DNA of 64,000 nucleotides from Auanema rhodensis. Lineage: Eukaryota > Animalia > Nematoda. The notes under the pieces are model-generated. The model worked only from the letters and a program-made list of their open reading frames with translations. It did not search any database and was not told the origin of the DNA. Shown piece after piece: positions 44,201 to 57,239 of this stretch (the first letter of the stretch is position 1; each line of letters opens with the position of its first letter). The DNA lies in assembly GCA_964057225.1 (NCBI GenBank), contig OZ059900.1, positions 1,240,001 through 1,304,000 on the forward strand, written 5' to 3'. The position numbers and the translations under genes are program-made.

Positions 44201-47200
44201 AATACACGAAATGAGTTTATTTTCACGAGTTTGCACTGATATTTATTCATTTTGATCAAAAAAGGTCGAAAATAGAAAGAATTTTTGAATTTTCCGAGTT
44301 TTGAGTCCAATTGGGCTAAATCGCTCATATATATGATCAAAAGCATAGTTTTACTGTCTATGATAACAAAAGTCTTCAAATATACACTAGTAATGATTAA
44401 ATCACTGAAGTTCACTCAAATAGCATTACTATACTAAGTATGGTCGTTTTTATGCCTTTAACACCATATACTCACCGATTTTTGGTACAAAATCTGTAAT
44501 ACTTGTAAATTTCGATCATATTCGTTAAGATTTGAGAATCAAACACATAATACACGAAATAAGTCTATTTTTACAAGTTTGCACTGATATTTATTCATTT
44601 TGATCAAAAAAGGTCGAAAATAGAAAGAATTTTTGAAATTTCCGAGTTTTGAGTCCAATTTGGCTAAATCGCTCATATATATGATCAAAAGCATAGTTCT
44701 ATTGTCTATAACAACAAAAGTCTTCAATTAAACGCTAGTGATGTTTTAATACTGAATTTCGCTCAAATAGCATTACTACACTAAGTATGGTCGTTTTTAT
44801 GCCTTTAACACCATATACTCACCGATTTTTGGTACAAAATCTGTAATACTCGTAAATTTTGATCATATTCGTTAAGATTTGAGAATCAAACATACAATAC
44901 ACGAAATCAGTCTATTTTTATGAGCTTGCACTGATATATATTCATTTTGATCAAAAAAGGTCGAAAATAGAAAGAATTTTTGAAATTTACGAGTTTTGAG
45001 TCTAATTTGGCTAAATCGCTCATATATATGATCAGAAGCATAGTTTTATTGTCTATGACAACAAAAGTCATTAATTAAACACTAATAATGTTTAAATCAC
45101 TAAATTTCGCTCAAATAGCATTACTACACTAAGTATGGTCGTTTTTATGCCTTTAACACCATATACTCACCGATTTTTGGTACAAAATCTGTAATACTCG
45201 TAAATTTTGATCATATTCGTTAAGATTTGAGAATCAAACATACAATACACGAAATCAGTCTATTTTTATGAGCTTGCACTGATATATATTCATTTTGATC
45301 AAAAAAGGTCGAAAATAGAAAGAATTTTTGAAATTTACGAGTTTTGAGTCTAATTTGGCTAAATCGCTCATATATATGATCAGAAGCATAGTTTTATTGT
45401 CTATGACAACAAAAGTCATTAATTAAACACTAATAATGTTTAAATCACTAAATTTCGCTCAAATAGCATTACTACACTAAGTATGGTCGTTTTTATGCCT
45501 TTAACACCATATACTCACCGATTTTTGGTACAAAATCTGTAATACTTGTAAATTTTGATCATATTCGTTAAGATTCGAGAATCAAACACATAATACACGA
45601 AATAAGTCTATTTTTATGAGTTTGCACTGATATTTATTCATTTTGATCAAAAAAGGTCGAAAATAGAAAGAATTTTTGAAATTTCCGAGTTTTGAGTCCA
45701 ATTTGGCTAAATCGCTCATATATATGATCAGAAGCATAGTTTTATTGTCTATGACAACAAAAATCATCAATTAAACGCTAGTGATGTTTAAATACTGATT
45801 TTCGCTCAAATAGCATTACTACACTAAGTATGGTCGTTTTTATGCCTTTAACACCATATACTCACCGATTTTTGGTACAAAATCTGTAATACTTGTAAAT
45901 TTTGATCATATTCGTTAAGATTTGAGAATCAAACATACAATACACAAAATCAGTCTATTTTTATGAGCTTGCACTGATATATATTCATTTTGATCAAAAA
46001 AGGTCGAAAATAGAAAGAATTTTTGAAATTTCCGAGTTTTGAGTCTAATTTGGCTAAATCGCTCATATATATGATCAGAAGCATAGTTTTATTGTCTATG
46101 ACAACAAAAATCATCAATTAAACGCTAGTGATGTTTAAATACTGATTTTCGCTCAAATAGCATTACTACACTAAGTATGGTCGTTTTTATGCCTTTAACA
46201 CCATATACTCACCGATTTTTGGTACAAAATCTGTAATACTTGTAAATTTTGATCATATTCGTTAAGATTCGAGAATCAAACACATAATACACGAAATAAG
46301 TCTATTTTTACAAGTTTGCACTGATATTTATTCATTTTGATCAAAAAAGATCGAAAATAGAAAGAATTTTTGAAATTTCCGAGTTTTGAGTCCAATTGGG
46401 CTAAATCGCTCATATATATGATCAAAAGCATAGTTTTACTGTCTATGATAACAAAAGTCTTCAAATATACACTAGTAATGATTAAATCACTGAATTTCAC
46501 TCAAATAGCATTACTACACTAAGTATGGTCGTTTTTATGCCTTTAACACCATATACTCACCGATTTTTGGTACAAAATCTGTAATACTTGTAAATTTCGA
46601 TCATATTCGTTAAGATTTGAGAATCAAACATACAATACACGAAATCAGTCTATTTTTATGAGCTTGCACTGATATATATTCATTTTGATCAAAAAAGGTC
46701 GAAAATAGAAAGAATTTTTGAAATTTACGAGTTTTGAGTCTAATTTGGCTAAATCGCTCATATATATGATCAGAAGCATAGTTTTATTGTCTATGACAAC
46801 AAAAGTCTTCAATTAAACGCTTGTGATGTTTTAATACTGAATTTCGCTCAAATAGCATTACTACACTAAGTATGGTCGTTTTTATGCCTTTAACACCATA
46901 TACTCACCGATTTTTGGTACAAAAGCTGTAATACTTGTAAATTTTGATCATATTCGTTAAGATTCGAGAATCGAACACATAATACACGAAATAAGTCTAT
47001 TTTTATGAGTTTGCACTGATATTTATTCATTTTGATCAAAAAATGTCGAAAATAGAAAGAACTTTTGAAATTTCCGAGTTTTGAGTCTAATTTGGCTAAA
47101 TCGCTCATATATATTATCAGAAGCATAGTTTTATTGTCTATGACAACAAAAATCATCAATTAAACGCTAGTGATGTTTAAATACTGATTTTCGCTCAAAT

Positions 47201-50200
47201 AGCATTACTACACTAAGTATGGTCGTTTTTATGCCTTTAACACCATATACTCACCGATTTTTGGTACAAAATCTGTAATACTTGTAAATTTTGATCATAT
47301 TCGTTAAGATTTGAGAATTAAACATACAATACACAAAATCAGTCTATTTTTATGAGCTTGCACTGATATATATTCACTTTGATCAAAAAAGGTCGAAAAT
47401 AGAAAGAATTTTTGAAATTTCCGAGTTTTGAGTCTAATTTGGCTAAATCGCTCATATAGTATATGATCAGAAGCATAGTTTTATTGTCTATGACAACAAA
47501 AATCATCAATTAAACGCTAGTGATGTTTAAATACTGATTTTCGCTCAAATAGCATTACTACACTAAGTATGGTCGTTTTTATGCCTTTAACACCATATAC
47601 TCACCGATTTTTGGTACAAAATCTGTAATACTTGTAAATTTTGATCATATTCGTTAAGATTCGAGAATCAAACACATAATACACGAAATAAGTCTATTTT
47701 TACAAGTTTGCACTGATATTTATTCATTTTGATCAAAAAAGATCGAAAATAGAAAGAATTTTTGAAATTTCCGAGTTTTGAGTCCAATTTGGCTAAATCG
47801 CTCATATATATGATCAAAAGCATAGTTTCATTGTCTATGACAACAAAAGTCATCAATTAAACGCTAGTGATGTTTAAATACTGAATTTCGCTCAAATAGC
47901 ATTACTACACTAAGTATGGTCGTTTTTATGCCTTTAACACCATATACTCACCGATTTTTGGTACAAAATCTGTAATACTCGTAAATTTTGATCATATTCG
48001 TTAAGATTTGAGAATCAAACATACAATACACAAAATCAGTCTTTTTTATGAGCTTGCACTGATATATATTCATTTTGATCAAAAAAGGTCGAAAATAGAA
48101 AGAATTTTTGAAATTTACGAGTTTTGAGTCTAATTTGGCTAAATCGCTCATATATATGATCAGAAGCATAGTTTTATTGTCTATGACAACAAAAGCCATT
48201 AATTAAACACTAATGATGTTTAAATCACTAAATTTCGCTCAAATAGCATTACTACACTAAGTATGGTCGTTTTTATGCCTTTAACACCATATACTCACCG
48301 ATTTTTGGTACAAAATCTGTAATACTTGTAAATTTTGATCATATTCGTTAAGATTCGAGAATCAAATACATAATACACGAAATAAGTCTATTTTTATGAG
48401 TTTGCACTGATATTTATTCATTTTGATCAAAAAAGGTCGAAAATAGAAAGAATTTTTGAATTTTCCGAGTTTTGAGTCCAATTGGGCTAAATCGCTCATA
48501 TATATGATCAAAAGCATAGTTTTACTGTCTATGATAACAAAAGTCTTCAAATATACACTAATAATGTGTAAATCACTGAATTTCACTCAAATAGCTTTAC
48601 TACACTAAGTATGGTCGTTTTTATGCCTTTAACACCATATACTCACCGATTTTTGGTACAAAATCTGTAATACTCGTAAATTTTGATCATATTCGTTTAG
48701 ATTTGAGAATCGAACATACAATACACAAAATCAGTCTATTTTTATGAGCTTGCACTGATATATATTCATTTTGATCAAAAAAGGTCGAAAATAGAAAGAA
48801 TTTTTGAATTTTCCGAGTTTTGAGTCCAATTTGGCTAAATCGCTCATATATATGATCAAAAGCATAGTTTTATTGTCTATAACAACAAAAGTCATCAATT
48901 AAACGCTAGTGATGTTTTAATACTGAATTTCGCTCAAATAGCATTACTACACTAAGTATGGTCGTTTTTATGCCTTTAACACCATATACTCACCGATTTT
49001 TGGTACAAAATCTGTGATACTCGTAAATTTTGATCATATTCGGTGAGATTCGAGAATCAAACACACAATACACGAAATAAGTTTATTTTGACGAGTTTGC
49101 ACTGATATTTATTCATTTTGATCAAAAAAGGTCGAAAATAGAAAGATTTTTTGAAATTTCCGAGTTTTGAGTCTAATTTGGCTAAATCGCTCATATATAT
49201 GATCAGAAGCATAGATGTATTGTCTATGACAACAAAAGTCATTGATTGAACACTAATGATGTTTAAATCACTGAATTTCGCTCAAATAGCATTACTACAC
49301 TAAGGATGGTCGTTTTTATGCCTTTAACACCATATACTCACCGATTTTTGGTACAAAATCTGTGATACTCGTAAATTTTGATCATTTCCGTTAAGATTCA
49401 AAAATCAAACACACAATACACGAAATAAGTTCATTTTTACAAGTTTGCACTGATATTTATTCATTTTGATCAAAAAAGGTCGAAAATAGAAAGAATTTTT
49501 GAAATTTACGAGTTTTGAGTCTAATTTGGCTAAATCGCTCATATATATGATCAGAAGCATAGTTTTATTGTCTATGACAACAAAAGTCATTAATTAAACA
49601 CTAATGATGTTTAAATACTGATTTTCGCTCAAATAGCATTACTACACTAAGTATGGTCGTTTTTATACCTTCAACACCATATACTCACCGATTTTTGGTA
49701 CAAAATCTGTGATACTCGTAAATTTCGATCATATTCGTTAAGATTTGAGAATCAAACACACAATACACGAAATGAGTTTATTTTCACGAGTTTGCACTGA
49801 TATTTATTCATTTTGATCAAGAAAGGTCGAAAATAGAAAGAATTTTTGAATTTTCCGAGTTTTGAGTCCAATTGGGCTAAATCGCTCATATATATGATCA
49901 AAAGCATAGTTTTACTGTCTATGATAACAAAAGTCTTCAAATATACACTAGTAATGATTAAATCACTGAATTTCACTCAAATAGCATTACTACACTAAGT
50001 ATGGTCGTTTTTATGCCTTTAACACCATATACTCACCGATTTTTGGTACAAAATCTGTAATACTTGTAAATTTCGATCATATTCGTTAAGATTTGAGAAT
50101 CAAACACATAATACACGGAATAAGTCTATTTTTACAAGTTTGCACTGATATTTATTCATTTTGATCAAAAAAGGTCGAAAATAGAAAGAATTTTTGAAAT

Positions 50201-51480
50201 TTCCGAGTTTTGAGTCCAATTTGGCTAAATCGCTCATATATATGATCAAAAGCATAGTTCTATTGTCTATAACAACAAAAGTCTTCAATTAAACGCTAGT
50301 GATGTTTAAATACTGAATTTCGCTCAAATAGCATTACTACACTAAGTATGGTCGTTTTTATGCCTTTAACACCATATACTCACCGATTTTTGGTACAAAA
50401 TCTGTAATACTCGTAAGTTTTGATCATATTCGTTAAGATTTGAGAATCAAACATACAATACACGAAATGAGTTTATTTTCACGAGTTTGCACTGATATAT
50501 ATTCATTTTGATCAAAAAAGGTCGAAAATAGAAAGAATTTTTGAAATTTCCGAGTTTTGAGTCTAATTTGGCTAAATCGCTCATATATATGATCAGAAGC
50601 ATAGTTTTATTGTCTATGACAACAAAAGTCATTAATTGAACACTAATGATGTTTAAATCACTGAATTTCACTCAAATAGCATTACTACACTAAGTATGGT
50701 CGTTTTTATGCCTTTAACACCATATACTCACCGATTTTTGGTACAAAATCTGTAATACTTGTAAATTTCGATCATATTCGTTAAGATTTGAGAATCAAAC
50801 AGATAATACACGAAATAAGTCTATTTTTACAAGTTTGCACTGATATTTATTCATTTTGATCAAAAAAGGTCGAAAATAGAAAGAATTTTTGAAATTTCCG
50901 AGTTTTGAGTCCAATTTGGCTAAATCGCTCATATATATGATCAAAAGCATAGTTTTACTGTCTATGATAACAAAAGTCTTCAAATATACACTAATAATGT
51001 GTAAATCACTGAATTTCACTCAAATAGCTTTACTACACTAAGTATGGTCGTTTTTATGCCTTTAACACCATATACTCACCGATTTTTGGTACAAAATCTG
51101 TAATACTCGTAAATTTTGATCATATTCGTTAAGATTTGAGAATCAAACATACAATTCACGAAATCAGTCTATTTTTATGAGCTTGCACTGATATATATTC
51201 ATTTTGATCAAAAAAGGTCGAAAATAGAAAGAATTTTTGAAATTTACGAGTTTTGAGTCTAATTTGGCTAAATCGCTCATATATATGATCAGAAGCATAG
51301 TTTTATTGTCTATGACAACAAAAGTCATTAATTAAACACTAATAATGTTTAAATCACTAAATTTCGCTCAAATAGCATTACTACACTAAGTATGGTCGTT
51401 TTTATGCCTTTAACACCATATACTCACCGATTTTTGGTACAAAATCTGTAATACTTGTAAATTTTGCTCATATTCGTTAA
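21300..51480. repeat. Large (about 13.2-kb, about 38-monomer) duplication: about 21300-34450 repeated at about 38330-51480
   Basis: Collinear rare variants at offsets 17029 (21603/38632, 23341/40370), 17377 (25077/42454, 26814/44191, 3-bp insertion 30081/47458) and 17030 (30918/47948, 32375/49405, 33765/50795). Confidence 0.88.
30646..38296. repeat. 11-monomer (3823-bp) tandem duplication
   Basis: Offset 3823 for markers 30638/34461, 30918/34741, 31332/35155, 32375/36198, 32722/36545, 33070/36893, 33417/37240 and 33765/37588. The private variants AAGCAAAGT, AATAATCTGT and AAAGTTATTG occur in both copies. Confidence 0.93.
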
Positions 51481-54400
51481 GATTCGAGAATCAAACACAT
51501 AATACACGAAATAAGTCTATTTTTATGAGTTTGCACTGATATTTATTCATTTTGATCAAAAAAGGTCGAAAATAGAAAGAATTTTTGAAATTTCCGAGTT
51601 TTGAGTCTAATTTGGCTAAATCGCTCATATATATGATCAGAAGCATAGTTTTATTGTCTATGACAACAAAAATCATCAATTAAACGCTAGTGATGTTTAA
51701 ATACTGATTTTCGCTCAAATAGCATTACTACACTAAGTATGGTCGTTTTTATGCCTTTAACACCATATACTCACCGATTTTTGGTACAAAATCTGTAATA
51801 CTTGTAAACTTTGATCATATTCGTTAAGATTTGAGAATCAAACATACAATACACAAAATCAGTCTATTTTTATGAGCTTGCACTGATATATATTCATTTT
51901 GATCAAAAAAGGTCGAAAATAGAAAGAATTTTTGAAATTTCCGAGTTTTGAGTCTAATTTGGCTAAATCGCTCATATATATGATCAGAAGCATAGTTTTA
52001 TTGTCTATGACAACAAAAATCATCAATTAAACGCTAGTGATGTTTAAATACTGATTTTCGCTCAAATAGCATTACTACACTAAGTATGGTCGTTTTTATG
52101 CCTTTAACACCATATACTCACCGATTTTTGGTACAAAATCTGTAATACTTGTAAATTTTGATCATATTCGTTAAGATTCGAGAATCAAACACATAATACA
52201 CGAAATAAGTCTATTTTTACAAGTTTGCACTGATATTTATTCATTTTGATCAAAAAAGATCGAAAATAGAAAGAATTTTTGAAATTTCCGAGTTTTGAGT
52301 CCAATTGGGCTAAATCGCTCATATATATGATCAAAAGCATAGTTTTACTGTCTATGATAACAAAAGTCTTCAAATATACACTAGTAATGATTAAATCACT
52401 GAATTTCACTCAAATAGCATTACTACACTAAGTATGGTCGTTTTTATGCCTTTAACACCATATACTCACCGATTTTTGGTACAAAATCTGTAATACTTGT
52501 AAATTTCGATCATATTCGTTAAGATTTGAGAATCAAACACATAATACACGAAATAAGTCTATTTTTACAAGTTTGCACTGATATTTATTCATTTTGATCA
52601 AAAAAGGTCGAAAATAGAAAGAATTTTTGAAATTTCCGAGTTTTGAGTCCAATTTGGCTAAATCGCTCATATATATGATCAAAAGCATAGTTCTATTGTC
52701 TATAACAACAAAAGTCTTCAATTAAACGCTAGTGATGTTTTAATACTGAATTTCGCTCAAATAGCATTACTACACTAAGTATGGTCGTTTTTATGCCTTT
52801 AACACCATATACTCACCGATTTTTGGTACAAAATCTGTAATACTCGTAAATTTTGATCATATTCGTTAAGATTTGAGAATCAAACATACAATACACGAAA
52901 TCAGTCTATTTTTATGAGCTTGCACTGATATATATTCATTTTGATCAAAAAAGGTCGAAAATAGAAAGAATTTTTGAAATTTACGAGTTTTGAGTCTAAT
53001 TTGGCTAAATCGCTCATATATATGATCAGAAGCATAGTTTCATTGTCTATGACAACAAAAGTCTTCAATTAAACGCTAGTGATGTTTTAATACTGAATTT
53101 CGCTCAAATAGCATTACTACACTAAGTATGGTCGTTTTTATGCCTTTAACACCATATACTCACCGATTTTTGGTACAAAAGCTGTAATACTTGTAAATTT
53201 TGATCATATTCGTTAAGATTCGAGAATCAAACACATAATACACGAAATAAGTCTATTTTTATGAGTTTGCACTGATATTTATTCATTTTGATCAAAAAAG
53301 GTCGAAAATAGAAAGAACTTTTGAAATTTCCGAGTTTTGAGTCTAATTTGGCTAAATCGCTCATATATATGATCAGAAGCATAGTTTTATTGTCTATGAC
53401 AACAAAAATCATCAATTAAACGCTAGTGATGTTTAAATACTGATTTTCGCTCAAATAGCATTACTACACTAAGTATGGTCGTTTTTATGCCTTTAACACC
53501 ATATACTCACCGATTTTTGGTACAAAATCTGTAATACTTGTAAATTTTGATCATATTCGTTAAGATTTGAGAATCAAACATACAATACACAAAATCAGTC
53601 TATTTTTATGAGCTTGCACTGATATATATTCATTTTGATCAAAAAAGGTCGAAAATAGAAAGAATTTTTAAAATTTCCGAGTTTTGAGTCTAATTTGGCT
53701 AAATCGCTCATATAGTATATGATCAGAAGCATAGTTTTATTGTCTATGACAACAAAAATCATCAATTATACGCTAGTGATGTTTAAATACTGATTTTCGC
53801 TCAAATAGCATTACTACACTAAGTATGGTCGTTTTTATGCCTTTAACACCATATACTCACCGATTTTTGGTACAAAATCTGTAATACTTGTAAATTTTGA
53901 TCATATTCGTTAAGATTCGAGAATCAAACACATAATACACGAAATAAGTCTATTTTTACAAGTTTGCACTGATATTTATTCATTTTGATCAAAAAAGATC
54001 GAAAATAGAAAGAATTTTTGAAATTTCCGAGTTTTGAGTCCAATTTGGCTAAATCGCTCATATATATGATCAAAAGCATAGTTTTATTGTCTATAACAAC
54101 AAAATTCATCAATTAAACGCTAGTGATGTTTAAATACTGAATTTCACTCAAATAGCATTACTACACTAAGTATGGTCGTTTTTATGCCTTTAACACCATA
54201 TACTCACCGATTTTTGGTACAAAATCTGTGATACTCGTAAATTTTGATCATATTCGGTGAGATTCGAGAATCAAACACACAATACACGAAATAAGTTTAT
54301 TTTTACGAGTTTGCACTGATATTTATTCATTTTGATCAAAAAAGGTCGAAAATAGAAAGAATTTTTGAAATTTCCGAGTTTTGAGTCTAATTTGGCTAAA

Positions 54401-56992
54401 TCGCTCATATATATGATCAAAAGCATAGTTTCATTGTCTATGACAACAAAAGTCATCAATTAAACGCTAGTGATGTTTAAATACTGAATTTCGCTCAAAT
54501 AGCATTACTACACTAAGTATGGTCGTTTTTATGCCTTTAACACCATATACTCACCGATTTTTGGTACAAAATCTGTAATACTCGTAAATTTTGATCATAT
54601 TCGTTAAGATTTGAGAATCAAACATACAATACACAAAATCAGTCTATTTTTATGAGCTTGCACTGATATATATTCATTTTGATCAAAAAAGGTCGAAAAT
54701 AGAAAGAATTTTTGAAATTTACGAGTTTTGAGTCTAATTTGGCTAAATCGCTCATATATATGATCAGAAGCATAGTTTTATTGTCTATGACAACAAAAGC
54801 CATTAATTAAACACTAATGATGTTTAAATCACTAAATTTCGCTCAAATAGCATTACTACACTAAGTATGGTCGTTTTTATGCCTTTAACACCATATACTC
54901 ACCGATTTTTGGTACAAAATCTGTAATACTTGTAAATTTTGATCATATTCGTTAAGATTCGAGAATCAAACACATAATACACGAAATAAGTCTATTTTTA
55001 TGAGTTTGCACTGATATTTATTCATTTTGATCAAAAAAGGTCGAAAATAGAAAGAATTTTTGAAATTTCCGAGTTTTGAGTCCAATTTGGCTAAATCGCT
55101 CATATATATGATCAAAAGTATAGTTTTATTGTCTATAACAACAAAAGTCATCAATTAAACGCTAGTGATGTTTAAATACTGAATTTCACTCAAATAGCAT
55201 TACTACACTAAGTATGGTCGTTTTTATGCCTTTAACACCATATACTCACCGATTTTTATTACAAAATCTGTAATACTCGTAAATTTTGATCATATTCGTT
55301 AAGATTTGAGAATCAAACATACAATACACAAAATCAGTCTATTTTTATGAGCTTGCACTGATATATATTCATTTTGATCAAAAAAGGTCGAAAATAGAAA
55401 GAATTTTTGAAATTTACGAGTTTTGAGTCTAATTTGGCTAAATCGCTCATATATATGATCAGAAGCATAGTTTTATTGTCTATGACAACAAAAGCCATTA
55501 ATTAAACACTAATGATGTTTAAATCACTAAATTTCGCTCAAATAGCATTACTACACTAAGTATGGTCGTTTTTATGCCTTTAACACCATATACTCACCGA
55601 TTTTTGGTACAAAATCTGTAATACTTGTAAATTTTGATCATATTCGTTAAGATTCGAGAATCAAACACATAATACACGAAATAAGTCTATTTTTATGAGT
55701 TTGCACTGATATTTATTCATTTTGATCAAAAAAGGTCGAAAATAGAAAGAATTTTTGAATTTTCCGAGTTTTGAGTCCAATTGGGCTAAATCGCTCATAT
55801 ATATGATCAAAAGCATAGTTTTACTGTCTATGATAACAAAAGTCTTCAAATATACACTAATAATGTGTAAATCACTGAATTTCACTCAAATAGCTTTACT
55901 ACACTAAGTATGGTCGTTTTTATGCCTTTAACACCATATACTCACCGATTTTTGGTACAAAATCTGTAATACTCGTAAATTTTGATCATATTCGTTAAGA
56001 TTTGAGAATCAAACATACAATACACGAAATAAGTTCATTTTTACAAGTTTGCACTGATATTTATTCATTTTGATCAAAAAAGGTCGAAAATAGAAAGAAT
56101 TTTTGAAATTTACGAGTTTTGAGTCTAATTTGGCTAAATCGCTCATATATATGATCAGAAGCATAGTTTTATTGTCTATGACAACAAAAGTCATTAATTA
56201 AACACTAATGATGTTTAAATACTGATTTTCGCTCAAATACCATTACTACACTAAGTATGGTCGTTTTTATACCTTCAACACCATATACTCACCGATTTTT
56301 GGTACAAAATCTGTGATACTCGTAAATTTCGATCATATTCGTTAAGATTCGAGAATCAAACACACAATACACGAAATGAGTTTATTTTCACGAGTTCGCA
56401 CTGATATTTATTCATTTTGATCAAAAAAGGTCGAAAATAGAAATAATTTTTGAATTTTCCGAGTTTTGAGTCCAATTGGGCTAAATCGCTCATATATATG
56501 ATCAAAAGCATAGTTTTACTGTCTATGATAACAAAAGTCTTCAAATATACACAAGTAATGATTAAATCACTGAATTTCACTCAAATAGCATTACTACACT
56601 AAGTATGGTCGTTTTTATGCCTTTAACACCATATACTCACCGATTTTTGGTACAAAATCTGTAATACTTGTAAATTTTGATCATATTCGTTAAGATTCGA
56701 GAATCAAACACATAATACACGAAAAAAGTCTATTTTTATGAGTTTGCACTGATATTTATTCATTTTGATCAAAAAAGGTCGAAAATAGAAAGAATTTTTG
56801 AATTTTCCGAGTTTTGAGTCCAATTGGGCTAAATCGCTCATATATATGATCAAAAGCATAGTTTTACTGTCTATGATAACAAAAGTCTTCAAATATACAC
56901 TAATAATGTGTAAATCACTGAATTTCACTCAAATAGCTTTACTACACTAAGTATGGTCGTTTTTATGCCTTTAACACCATATACTCACCGAT

Positions 56993-57239
56993 TTTTGGTA
57001 CAAAATCTGTAATACTCGTAAAAAGGTCGAAAATAGAAAGAATTTTTGAAATTTACGAGTTTTGAGTCTAATTTGGCTAAATCGCTCATATATATGATCA
57101 AAAGCATAGTTTTATTGTCTATAACAACAAAAGTCATCAATTAAACGCTAGTGATGTTTAAATACTGAATTTCACTCAAATAGCATTACTACACTAAGTA
57201 TGGTCGTTTTTATGCCTTTAACACCATATACTCACCGAT
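56993..57239. repeat. Truncated 247-bp monomer (100-bp internal deletion), copy 1
   Basis: Junction TACTCGTAAAAAGGTCGA at about 57013-57030 joins monomer position about 30 to about 131. The ORF step here is 595 = 348 + 247. Confidence 0.95.
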
